NCBI GenBank assembly: GCA_964608075.1
Contig: CAZSMG010000002.1
Coordinates: 5,154 to 69,153 of the forward strand
Source of the DNA: an uncultured Clostridium sp.
GTDB taxonomy: Bacteria > Bacillota > Clostridia > TANB77 > CAG-508
DNA length: 64,000 nucleotides
Reading direction: 5' to 3'
This document shows positions 42,295 through 51,164 of this stretch, in pieces (the first letter of the stretch is position 1; every line of letters starts with the position of its first letter). Made by a program: the position numbers and the translations under genes. The notes under the pieces were generated by a model that was not told the origin of the DNA, ran no database searches, and saw only the letters and a list, made by a program, of their open reading frames with translations.

Positions 42295-42870
42295 TTAGAA
42301 ACCGATAAAATTTCTTAAGGCATCTTTTGTTTTTTCTATATCTCCATCGTTTGCAATTTCCAGTACATTTATATTTGGATATTTTTCTTGTATTTCTTTA
42401 GACATTTCTAAATATACTCTTTGTTGTTTTATACTATTTTCTGCCTTAAATTTGGCATATTCAGGAACAGCCTTTCCTTCTCTTTGTAGCCTTTTGTTAT
42501 ATAAATCTTCATCTTTTAGATATAAAGTTATGTAATATATGTCAAAGTCTAATTTACTAAAACTATCTAATAATTTTTCATAGACTTTAGTAAATGAATA
42601 TTCTTTTAATCCTAATCTGCAGTAATTTTCTTCTGTAAAAAATGTTCTATCAAATAATAGGTTTATACTTGTATTTTCGAGCTTTTGTAAATAGTCTAAT
42701 AAATCTATATACATTTTTTCAGCCTTTTTTAAACCTTCTGGAGAACTATCTGAGGTTCCACTTAATCTATATAAGTTTGTGTATTTTAAACTATGTCTTA
42801 AGAAATCTGTTATTGTTGTTTTTCCTGCTCCTTGTGCTCCTTCTACTACTATTAATCTTGAATTTGCCAT
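42295..42870 (-). CDS. P-loop nucleoside/nucleotide kinase-like protein (dNK/Tmk-like fold)
   Basis: Walker A VVEGAQGAGKTT and a LID-like basic region. 191 aa. Confidence 0.6.
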   Translation of the reverse strand: MANSRLIVVEGAQGAGKTTITDFLRHSLKYTNLYRLSGTSDSSPEGLKKAEKMYIDLLDYLQKLENTSINLLFDRTFFTEENYCRLGLKEYSFTKVYEKLLDSFSKLDFDIYYITLYLKDEDLYNKRLQREGKAVPEYAKFKAENSIKQQRVYLEMSKEIQEKYPNINVLEIANDGDIEKTKDALRNFIGF

Positions 42871-42968
42871 AATTAATCCCCCTATCTTTAAACGTATTAT
42901 ATATTTTTTAATAGCTTCTGTAAAGATATTTTTTTAGTTATATTTTTACAGATTTTCCATATAATATA

Positions 42969-42997
42969 GATAAGGTATTGACATTACAAAAAAAAAG
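42969..42997 (+). promoter_or_regulatory. Sigma-A promoter of the initiator tRNA gene
   Basis: TTGACA, a 17-nt spacer, then TATAAT. Confidence 0.6.
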
Positions 42998-43023
42998 AGT
43001 TATAATGACCAAGTACTAAATAT

Positions 43024-43099
43024 CGCGGGGTGGAGCAGTTGGCAGCTCGTCGGGCTCATAACCCGAAGGTCGATAGTTCGAGTCTATCCCCCGCAACCA
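43024..43099 (+). tRNA. Initiator tRNA-fMet (anticodon CAT)
   Basis: C1 is opposite A72 (cgcgggg...ccccgcA). Three consecutive G-C pairs in the anticodon stem (tcggg-ctCATaa-cccga). Encoded CCA. Confidence 0.85.
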
Positions 43100-43110
43100 A
43101 GAATTTTATT

Positions 43111-43145
43111 AGAGTCGCAAGAGATTGTGGACTCTTATTTTTTTG
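43111..43145 (+). terminator. Rho-independent terminator after tRNA-fMet
   Basis: Hairpin agagtc-gcaagagattgtg-gactct followed by TTATTTTTTT. Confidence 0.7.
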
Positions 43146-43171
43146 ACCTTAAGCGTAATTTTGGCGTAAGT

Positions 43172-43189
43172 GGGGACAATTTGGGGACA
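43172..43189 (+). repeat. Arm-type repeat GGGGACAATTTGGGGACA, left copy
   Basis: Matches 59696-59713 (GGGGACAAATTGGGGACA) in the same orientation. Confidence 0.6.
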
Positions 43190-43293
43190 GTCCCTACATT
43201 TTTATGCATTAAATAGCATATTTTAGCCTAACTAATTTATATTAAACTTTGAAAATCAAAAAAGTAATTTTCGAGAAATTTTGAAAAGAGTTT

Positions 43294-44481
43294 TTATACG
43301 AGCATCTCCTCTAAAACATTACCAGCTTCTTTATTATGAGCTTCAACTGGATGTACATAGAAGTTTAAGGTAGTAGTTATTTGAGCATGCCCTAATCTTG
43401 ATGCTACAACAGCTACATCTACATTTTTAGATATAAGCAAAGTAGCATTTGTGTGTCGCAAACCATGAAAAGTAATTTTTGGTAAGTTGTTCTTTTCAAT
43501 AAAAGAACGAAACCAATCTGTAACTGTATCAGGATGCATTGGATTACCATTCCAAGTAACAAATAGCCTGTTTGAGTCATTCCATAAATCGCCAAATCTT
43601 TCTTTTTCAGCATCATACCAAGTTTTGTACTTATTAAGCATATTTATAACAATATCCGGAATTCCGACTTTTCTTATTGAACTATGTGTTTTTGGATCTT
43701 TTACGAAAATGCCTTTTTCAGATGTGTATTGACTTGCCTTAGTAATATTAACAAAACCTTCTTTAAAATCAATATCTGACCATTCTAAGCCTAATACTTC
43801 GCCTCTACGCATACCAGTAAACAATGTTAATATAACAATAGTTTGAAATTTGATTTCTTCATTTTCTAATGCTTCTAATAATTGTTTACATTGAATATCA
43901 TCGTAGTATTTAATTTGAGGTCTTTGGTGTTTAGGTGGCTTAACTCTGTCAGCTGGATTAAAGGGAAGTATTTGCCAATATACTGCGTTTTGTAGCATTG
44001 CATGTAGTAAACGATGATGCTCTAGTATTGTTTTAGAAGATAGACTCTTCATTACAGTCTTTCCATTATGATTTTTACATCTTTTTAATTGATGATCTTT
44101 TGAAAGATCATCGTAAAAATTCATAATGTGCGGTGGCTTGATATCGCATAACTTATAATGCCCAAAGTATGGAAGAATTCGAGATTCTAGCATTCCTTTA
44201 TATCTTTCATAAGTTTTTGGCGATAATTCCTTTTTGCCATAATTTTTAGCCCATAAATCTGTAAATTCTTTAAATGTCATTGAAGAGTTTTGCAAAACGA
44301 TACCATTTTCAACTTCATAAACAAAGTTCACAAGTTCTTTATCTGCTTCACGCCTACTATTTGCTTTGATGCTCTTAGTATATTTGATTCTGTTACCATA
44401 GCTGTCAAAACCATGTGATACAATTAATCTCCATGAGCGTTTGCCTCTCTTTTCAAGATACCCTGCCATTACTTTTTTCAC
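43294..44481 (-). CDS. int: Tyrosine-type site-specific integrase
   Basis: C-terminal catalytic region GLRHTNATLLI...LGHAQITTTLNFYVH (R, H-x-x-R, Y). N-terminal SAM-like domain. Adjacent to the tRNA. Confidence 0.9.
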   Translation of the reverse strand: MKKVMAGYLEKRGKRSWRLIVSHGFDSYGNRIKYTKSIKANSRREADKELVNFVYEVENGIVLQNSSMTFKEFTDLWAKNYGKKELSPKTYERYKGMLESRILPYFGHYKLCDIKPPHIMNFYDDLSKDHQLKRCKNHNGKTVMKSLSSKTILEHHRLLHAMLQNAVYWQILPFNPADRVKPPKHQRPQIKYYDDIQCKQLLEALENEEIKFQTIVILTLFTGMRRGEVLGLEWSDIDFKEGFVNITKASQYTSEKGIFVKDPKTHSSIRKVGIPDIVINMLNKYKTWYDAEKERFGDLWNDSNRLFVTWNGNPMHPDTVTDWFRSFIEKNNLPKITFHGLRHTNATLLISKNVDVAVVASRLGHAQITTTLNFYVHPVEAHNKEAGNVLEEMLV

Positions 44482-44525
44482 CTCCTTTCAGCATACCTAT
44501 GGCAAGGATTTTAAGTAATATTAAA

Positions 44526-44936
44526 TTAATATAAAATCATTCCAGAACCTAAAGCTTCATTAGGTCTTGAAATAAATCCAAATTTTTCATAAAAAGATTC
44601 TTTTCCTTTTGATGCACCTAAATAAGTTCTAATATTAGGATTAATCTTTTTATATTCTTTTATTTGAGTTAATAAGTTTTCCATTATTCCAGTGCCAATA
44701 TGTTTATTTTGATACTCAGGAATTACCATTATATCTTGAATATATAAAAATATAGTTTTATCCCCAATGATTCTTCCATATCCAATTAATTTATTATCAT
44801 CATAAACACATAATGAATATAAGGTATTCTCTAAAGCTGTTTCGACTATTGAATTTTCTCTAATTCCCCAACCTACAGAATCTGTTAAATAATTAAATTC
44901 TTCTGCAGAAGGAGTATGCATTATATATTTAATCAT
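44526..44936 (-). CDS. GNAT-family N-acetyltransferase
   Basis: Acetyl-CoA binding motif (QNKHIGTGIMENLL). 136 aa. Confidence 0.75.
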   Translation of the reverse strand: MIKYIMHTPSAEEFNYLTDSVGWGIRENSIVETALENTLYSLCVYDDNKLIGYGRIIGDKTIFLYIQDIMVIPEYQNKHIGTGIMENLLTQIKEYKKINPNIRTYLGASKGKESFYEKFGFISRPNEALGSGMILY

Positions 44937-44952
44937 ATTCTATACCTCTTTC

Positions 44953-46164
44953 TTAATAATTCTTTCTAGTTTCTTCTATCCATTTTTTAAATTCTTCTTC
45001 TGTTTTCAATCCGTTTTTAATATCTTTCTTAAATTCATTAGCTTCATTTTTCCATTGCTCATATTTTTCTAAATACATTGGAATATCAGGATTTCTATTC
45101 GCTAACATTTTTTTTGCTGATAAGGTTTTCCTATATAAAGAATTTATTTCATCTTTTTTTAACTTTTCATTATAAGTAATCATTGCTCCAATTTCTTGGC
45201 ACGTTTTGCTATGTTCATATATGTTGTTACAATATAAAGTATTCTTTTTTGAAGAAGGTATAAAGTAATTACCACAATGTTTACAAATGTATATTGGTGT
45301 ATTATTTTTTATTAATTCTAAAATACTTATAAAACAAGCAGTTTCAATTACATGACAGTTAAAACAAAGAGATGTAAAAAAATCATCATCATATTCTGTA
45401 GGATAATTTCTTATATATTCTGAAATTGCCTTGGCATTTTCTTCAAAATTGCCTGTATTAGGACATGAACCTATATTTAGAAATTTCATTGGTTCAACAT
45501 CATATGTAAGAGTTATATATGAACTTAATATTATGGACATGTCTGAATAATTAGTAAAATCAGCTTGCTTGTATATAAAAAATCTTTCTGCAATGGAAAA
45601 GTTTTCTAAATACTCTAAATTTGATAAGTTATTTATAAAATTGATGATTGTTTTAAACTGAAATTGATAGTCTATTAAAATTTTCTTTCGTTTTTCATAA
45701 TTGTTTTTACAAACCAAAATGAAGTCTTTTTCAGTTAAAAAAATATTTTCTTTATCGTTAGTAATATTTAATTTTGTATATTCATTAAAGGGGTTACCAA
45801 TATCTTCATCATCACTATTAAAGACTAAAGCTGGTAATCCATAATTATATATAAATTCTAAAAAAGAATTAAAATCTGTAAAATCATAGTTTAAAAATTT
45901 TAATAAAGTTGTTCCTAGTTTATTTTTTTCATCAGTAAAATCAGATTTATATAATTTGCAAATACTATCAGAATAGGTTGAAAGATACTTGGTATATTCT
46001 TTTTTTGTTTTAAATTCATCTCTTTCTTTAAGTAATGTATATGTGTCGTCTGCTTTATTATATATTGCATTTACTGTAGAAAAAGCGTCTCTTGTAAAAA
46101 GTTCCATATCATTTATGGTTGACATTTTCATATAATAGATTCTGGATACAACATCAAATTTCAT
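44953..46164 (-). CDS. Hypothetical protein (403 aa) with a C-terminal Cys-rich zinc-finger-like region
   Basis: CFNCH...CKHCGNYF...C pattern. No family assigned. Divergent from the xis-like gene. Confidence 0.5.
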   Translation of the reverse strand: MKFDVVSRIYYMKMSTINDMELFTRDAFSTVNAIYNKADDTYTLLKERDEFKTKKEYTKYLSTYSDSICKLYKSDFTDEKNKLGTTLLKFLNYDFTDFNSFLEFIYNYGLPALVFNSDDEDIGNPFNEYTKLNITNDKENIFLTEKDFILVCKNNYEKRKKILIDYQFQFKTIINFINNLSNLEYLENFSIAERFFIYKQADFTNYSDMSIILSSYITLTYDVEPMKFLNIGSCPNTGNFEENAKAISEYIRNYPTEYDDDFFTSLCFNCHVIETACFISILELIKNNTPIYICKHCGNYFIPSSKKNTLYCNNIYEHSKTCQEIGAMITYNEKLKKDEINSLYRKTLSAKKMLANRNPDIPMYLEKYEQWKNEANEFKKDIKNGLKTEEEFKKWIEETRKNY

Positions 46165-46195
46165 ATAATCCTCCCTGTTAGCAATTTAATTTTTG

Positions 46196-46300
46196 CAAAA
46201 TATGTTGTTAACTGATATCGAAAATCAACAAAGATTATTGACTAATCAAAAATTAACAATTAAAATACAAATTATAAAATTGTTAACAACATTATACACA
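46196..46300. promoter_or_regulatory. Divergent promoter/operator region with three TTGTTAAC-type palindromic motifs
   Basis: ttgttaac at 46205-46212, ttaacaa at 46253-46259, and the perfect 10-bp palindrome ttgttaacaa at 46280-46289. They lie between the divergently transcribed 403-aa ORF and the xis-like gene. Confidence 0.45.
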
Positions 46301-46356
46301 GCTAATTTTAAATTGTCAATACAAAATTTAAAATTTAGCGATTTAAAAGATGGGAG

Positions 46357-46572
46357 GTGATTAATATGGCAATAGAGAGAATGCAAAGGACAACTTTAAC
46401 AGCTAAAGAAGCAGCAGAATATTTAGGAATATCTTATTGGTTAATTACACAATTAGTTAAAAGAAAACAAATTCCGTGTTCTAGAGTTGGAAAAAGAATT
46501 TTATTTAGAAAAGAAGCATTAGATATTTATCTAAGCAAAAAAGAAAATGATTCTGTAGAAGAATCTTGTTAG
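46357..46572 (+). CDS. xis: Excisionase/Xis-like helix-turn-helix DNA-binding protein
   Basis: HTH_17-type motif LTAKEAAEYLGISYWLITQLVKRKQIPCSRVGKRILF. 71 aa. Confidence 0.7.
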   Translation: MINMAIERMQRTTLTAKEAAEYLGISYWLITQLVKRKQIPCSRVGKRILFRKEALDIYLSKKENDSVEESC

Positions 46573-46586
46573 AAAGAAGGGAGGAA

Positions 46587-47054
46587 ATGGGACAAGTTGG
46601 ATGGATAAAAGTAAATACAAATATATTTTCAAATAGAAAAATTAAAATCCTGCTAAAAGAAAGGGAAGGGGACACTTATTTTAGAATATGGATTCAAATT
46701 TTAACTATTGCTGGAGAATGTAACAGAGATGGTGGTTTATATATTAGTGATAATACACCATTTAAAATCAGAGATTTTACAAATATTATTGGAAAATCTT
46801 CGAAAACATTTACGAAAATCTTACAAAAATTTATTGATTTAGGAATGCTAATTTATAAAAATGATACATACTTCGTAAAGAACTGGAGCAAGTATCAAAG
46901 TGCCGATAAACTTAAGAAAATTGGAAAATCAAATAAAGTGATTGAAGAAAATTTAATTGAAAAAAGTTTTAATAATACAGAAGAAAAGATAAGAAAAGAA
47001 GAAAATAGAAAGGAGACCAGAGTAGATGAATCAAATTTTGAAACCCTCGATTAA
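46587..47054 (+). CDS. Phage replisome-organiser / DnaD-like N-terminal domain protein
   Basis: The winged-helix-like N-terminal region resembles phage replisome organisers. The start is set at the internal ATG (MGQVGW), which has an AGAAGGGAGG RBS. The track ORF uses a TTG at 46566 that overlaps the xis stop. Confidence 0.55.
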   Translation: MGQVGWIKVNTNIFSNRKIKILLKEREGDTYFRIWIQILTIAGECNRDGGLYISDNTPFKIRDFTNIIGKSSKTFTKILQKFIDLGMLIYKNDTYFVKNWSKYQSADKLKKIGKSNKVIEENLIEKSFNNTEEKIRKEENRKETRVDESNFETLD

Positions 47055-47895
47055 TAAAGATGATTTTATTGAGTGTGAATACTGCCAAAATAAATTATAT
47101 AGAAAAACAATTGAGTGGGAATTATATGGGACAAAAAGAACAATAGAATTAGATTATGAAAGATGTAATTGTAATGATGCACAAGCATACTGGAATGAAT
47201 ATGATTTAAATAAAATAAGGACGCTAGAGGAAGAAAAAAAACTAGAATTAATGCAAGAATTTTCAAAAAGAGTTGAGAGAATTATAAAAAATAGCAAGAT
47301 GAGTAAAAGAAATTTAAGTTATAAATTTAATAATTTTGAGCCAAATAATAGTAATAGAAAAATATTTAATAATTTGAAAAACTATAGTGAAAAATTAGTA
47401 AATGGTATAGAGAAAAAGGGATTAATTTTGGTAGGAAATAATGGAATTGGTAAGACACATTTAGCTTGTAGTATTGCAAATAAATTAATTGAAAATGGAA
47501 CACCAGTAATATATGGTACATTAATTAATTTATTAGCAGAATTAAGAAATTCATATGATACAGATAATAATATTTCAGAGATGGAAATTATCAAATTGTA
47601 TGAAAATGTTGACTTATTAATCATAGATGATTTAGGAAAAGAAAAACCAAGTGAATGGGGATTAGAAAAGTTATTTACTATTGTAAATAGTAGATATGAA
47701 AATAATTTACCAGTAATTATAACAACAAATTATAATCAAAATTCTTTAATGGAGAGACTAAGTTTAAATGGAGAAATTGAGACAGCAAAGTCAATTATTT
47801 CAAGATTATATGAGATGTGTTATCTTGTAAAAATAGATGATATAGATCATAGAATTCAAAAGAAAAAAGTTAGTAATTGCGACAACAATGACTAA
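47026..47895 (+). CDS. DnaC/IstB-like AAA+ helicase-loader ATPase with an N-terminal Cys-rich zinc-finger-like segment
   Basis: Walker A GNNGIGKTH, Walker B LLIIDDLGKE, and CEYCQN...CNCND upstream. It overlaps the preceding gene. Confidence 0.8.
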   Translation: MNQILKPSINKDDFIECEYCQNKLYRKTIEWELYGTKRTIELDYERCNCNDAQAYWNEYDLNKIRTLEEEKKLELMQEFSKRVERIIKNSKMSKRNLSYKFNNFEPNNSNRKIFNNLKNYSEKLVNGIEKKGLILVGNNGIGKTHLACSIANKLIENGTPVIYGTLINLLAELRNSYDTDNNISEMEIIKLYENVDLLIIDDLGKEKPSEWGLEKLFTIVNSRYENNLPVIITTNYNQNSLMERLSLNGEIETAKSIISRLYEMCYLVKIDDIDHRIQKKKVSNCDNND

Positions 47896-47979
47896 CTAAA
47901 AAGATTACTTTTTTAAATGTTTTCTATAAAAATTATAAATTATTTTTTCAAAAAAGTAAATAAAAATTGATAAAAAATT

Positions 47980-48220
47980 AGGACAAGCAAGTAGCAAAAT
48001 ATTTACACACTTGTCCTAATTTTTAAAAGAAAATGAATAAAAGATGAACAAAAAAGATCCCTCGGAGAGCCAAAAGGGTATTAGGGCATTTTGCCCTAAA
48101 CAGCAAAAAGGGTGTCAAGACACCATGCTGGCGAATAAAGGGCACTTAAAAATCCACTTTATTCGGAGCAAATAAATTTGCTCAAATTTTCTGAAATTCG
48201 CTTTCGCTATTTCAGAAAAT
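47980..48220. promoter_or_regulatory. Cluster of five consecutive inverted repeats (candidate oriT / single-strand origin / operator array)
   Basis: aggacaag...cttgtcct (47980-48017), tagggcattttgcccta (48082-48098), ggtgtcaagacacc (48111-48124), gagcaaataaatttgctc (48166-48183), ttctgaaattcgctttcgctatttcagaa (48189-48217). Local G+C is elevated. Confidence 0.45.
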
Positions 48221-48245
48221 ATAAGATCAGAAATGGAGAAAAAAT

Positions 48246-48866
48246 ATGAGAGTAATTATGGATGAATTTGATCATGTCTTTTTACCTTATTGGAAAATAC
48301 TAGACAAATTAAAAATATTAAATATAAAAACTAAAAATGGAAAAGAGATAAGTCATAAAGATTTGCGAAAGGCAATATCTGTTATGATAAAAAAACATCC
48401 TACATGTAGATGGAGAAGTGAAAAAATTAGAAGTAAAAGATATTACATTTTGTTTGAAGGATATCTATGGTTAATATACGTATATTTTCAATCAGAAAAG
48501 AAACAAATAGATGCTGATGTAGATTTTTTCAAACTGAGAATAGGAGTATATGAAGAATTTTTAAAAGTAAATCCTGAATCATTATGGAATGAAGATATAA
48601 GTTTTTCGGATTTAGAAAATTATTTTCACAGAAAGAAAGATACAATACATAGAGCAATGGTGAAAATGGCTAAAGAAAATTTTGGAAATACTTTTACTTA
48701 TTATGATAATGATAAATTACTTGTTTCAAAAGAAGGCATTGAATGGCTATGTAAAAATTGTTTCAAGCAAAAGTATTTGGAATTATTAGAAGAATACAAA
48801 ATGGAATTAACAGAAAAATACATTGAAGCAGGATATGTTTATGATGAATTTTTTGGAATGAATTAA
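48246..48866 (+). CDS. Hypothetical protein (206 aa)
   Basis: ORF immediately downstream of the hairpin cluster. No recognisable motif. Confidence 0.5.
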   Translation: MRVIMDEFDHVFLPYWKILDKLKILNIKTKNGKEISHKDLRKAISVMIKKHPTCRWRSEKIRSKRYYILFEGYLWLIYVYFQSEKKQIDADVDFFKLRIGVYEEFLKVNPESLWNEDISFSDLENYFHRKKDTIHRAMVKMAKENFGNTFTYYDNDKLLVSKEGIEWLCKNCFKQKYLELLEEYKMELTEKYIEAGYVYDEFFGMN

Positions 48867-48880
48867 AGGAGGTATCGATT

Positions 48881-49282
48881 ATGAAACATTATTTAAATCC
48901 AGATCAAAGAAGAAAAAGTATAAAAGTATGGGTTTCTGATGAAGAAAGAGCTTTAGTTGAAGCTAAAGCATACAATTATGGCTATAGAAGGATTGCACCA
49001 TATATTAGAGATGCAGCAATTTATGAAAGAGTAACTAATGTAGAAGTAAAAGGAGAAAAAGAAATTCTTAATGCATATGCTGAGAATACTAGAGAAGTTA
49101 AAAGTATCGTTAAAGATATAAGACATATTTGTAAATTTGCTACACAAATTTCTGAAAGAGATAGACAGGAACTTTTACATCTAATGAAAGCCATATATAA
49201 AAAGCAAAATAAAATGCTAGATCTTATTGATAAAAAACTTGATTTAGAGGTATGGCAAGAAGTTAATCGTAATAAAAATTAA
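48881..49282 (+). CDS. MobC-like ribbon-helix-helix mobilisation/relaxosome accessory protein (tentative)
   Basis: N-terminal RKSIKVWVSDEERALVEAKAYNYGYRRIAPYIRDAAI pattern typical of MobC/RHH proteins. AGGAGG RBS. Confidence 0.5.
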   Translation: MKHYLNPDQRRKSIKVWVSDEERALVEAKAYNYGYRRIAPYIRDAAIYERVTNVEVKGEKEILNAYAENTREVKSIVKDIRHICKFATQISERDRQELLHLMKAIYKKQNKMLDLIDKKLDLEVWQEVNRNKN

Positions 49283-49354
49283 AAATAAATAATGTGTAAT
49301 TTATTGAGAAAAAAAGATTATTATGATAGAATAACAAAAGTTAAGAGGTGAAAT

Positions 49355-50356
49355 ATGATAGAATTAGGAGAGATATATAATCAAAAGTTGAAAAATAAAA
49401 AATTTATAGATTTATTTTGTGGACTTGGTGGATTTAGATTGGCCTTAGAATCTTATGGCGCAAAATGTGTATTTAGTTCAGACATAGACAAACATGTAAG
49501 TAAGACATATGAAAATAATTTCGGAGATTATCCATTAAGTGACATAACAAAAGTTGATGAGAAAGATATTCCTAAACATGATATTTTATGTGCGGGTTTT
49601 CCATGTCAAGCATTTAGTATATCTGGAAAGCAAAAAGGATTCGAAGATACCAGAGGGACTCTATTTAGAGAAGTTGTGAGAATTGCTAGTTATCATCAAC
49701 CAGAATTATTATTATTAGAAAATGTAAAGAATTTAGAAAAACATGATAGTGGAAGAACTTTTAAAGTAATAAAGGAAAATATAGAAAACATCGGATATAA
49801 TATGTATTCAAAGGTTATAAATGCTTCTAGATATGGTATTCCTCAATCAAGAGAAAGAATTTACATGGTATGCATTAGAAAAGACTTAGATAATAATAAT
49901 TATAAGTTCCCTCTGCCTGTAAATAAAGAAAGATGTGTTAATGACATACTACTTAATAACGGGGAAGAAAAACAATATATCATTAACAAACCATATAAAT
50001 TAAAAGAGAGAAATCAGCAAATAAAAATGTTTAAAGTTTATGACAAGCCAGTAAGAATTGGAACTGTAAATAAAGGTGGACAAGGCGATAGAATATATGA
50101 TCCAATGGGACAAGCAATAACATTGTCGGCAGAAGGTGGAGGAACTGGTTCTAAAACGGGATTATATTACATAAATAACGAGGTTAGAAAACTACATCCT
50201 AGGGAATGTGCAAGATTGATGGGATATCCAGAAAATTATATTATTGATGAATCAGTTAATCAAGCACAAAAACAATTCGGCAACAGTGTAGTTGTAGATG
50301 TTTTGCAATATGTAATAAAAAGTATCATAGATGAGGGGAGTATAAAAAATGGATAG
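49355..50356 (+). CDS. DNA (cytosine-5)-methyltransferase, M.HhaI-like
   Basis: Motif I FCGLGGF, motif IV GFPCQAFS, motif VI LLENV, and the C-terminal RKLHPRECARLMGYP...QFGNSVV. Extensive collinearity with M.HhaI as recalled from memory, including the TRD segment GKGGQG-RIY...ITLSA-GGG. Confidence 0.9.
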   Translation: MIELGEIYNQKLKNKKFIDLFCGLGGFRLALESYGAKCVFSSDIDKHVSKTYENNFGDYPLSDITKVDEKDIPKHDILCAGFPCQAFSISGKQKGFEDTRGTLFREVVRIASYHQPELLLLENVKNLEKHDSGRTFKVIKENIENIGYNMYSKVINASRYGIPQSRERIYMVCIRKDLDNNNYKFPLPVNKERCVNDILLNNGEEKQYIINKPYKLKERNQQIKMFKVYDKPVRIGTVNKGGQGDRIYDPMGQAITLSAEGGGTGSKTGLYYINNEVRKLHPRECARLMGYPENYIIDESVNQAQKQFGNSVVVDVLQYVIKSIIDEGSIKNG

Positions 50357-51092
50357 TTCAGGGGGTTCAAAAATAGCAAAAGATGGATTTGAAAATGAAA
50401 AGGATATTGCTAATAAATTTATTAATTGGAAAGATGATATAGAAGCACAACAATGGTTAAAAACCATGGGATATAATCTAAATGATATTGAATATGTTTA
50501 TGCAGAAGTTTTACATGGATATAAAACGGATGTACAAGTTCAAGTAACAATAAAACTCAAAAATATTATTGATGCACAAAATTTACAAGTAAAGTTAGTA
50601 AGTAATGCAAAAGGATTCAATCAAATAGATAAAAGATGGATAAAAAATTATGCTGAAATGTGGGAAATGCCTGATAATATAGTTAGATTGCTAAAATATT
50701 ATACGGGAGAGTTTGAACCATATAAGAAAGATACAAGAGATAAAAGAAGAATGTTTATGGATGAATTTTCAGAACAAGAACAAAATGAAATATTAGAATA
50801 CTTTGAACAAAATAAAATGCTTATTATCTTAGACATTGTAAAAGGAAGGGGAAAATTTGCAGCCGAATGGATTTTAGTTGCACAAAAGTATGAAGATATA
50901 TTTAGATGGATATTGAAGCCTATAAATGTTGCTATTAATCATTATAGTGAAGGAAAAGTAGAAATAACTAATAGAGGAAACTTGAAAATTGGAAGAATTG
51001 GAATGCAGAGGAAGGGTGGAGATGCGGGAAGAGAAACCGCAAATATGTTACAGTTTAAAGTAGATCCAATTGAATTGTTTAATTTAAATTAA
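50349..51092 (+). CDS. Putative cognate Type II restriction endonuclease (247 aa)
   Basis: Its start overlaps the methyltransferase stop by 8 nt (translational coupling). The size is typical of small Type IIP enzymes. A terminator hairpin follows at 51108-51145. Confidence 0.5.
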   Translation: MDSSGGSKIAKDGFENEKDIANKFINWKDDIEAQQWLKTMGYNLNDIEYVYAEVLHGYKTDVQVQVTIKLKNIIDAQNLQVKLVSNAKGFNQIDKRWIKNYAEMWEMPDNIVRLLKYYTGEFEPYKKDTRDKRRMFMDEFSEQEQNEILEYFEQNKMLIILDIVKGRGKFAAEWILVAQKYEDIFRWILKPINVAINHYSEGKVEITNRGNLKIGRIGMQRKGGDAGRETANMLQFKVDPIELFNLN

Positions 51093-51164
51093 TATAATTT
51101 TAGTACAAAAGAAAAGTAGAATGAGAAGAAATCATTCTACTTTTCTGGTCTAAAGGGGAGAAAA

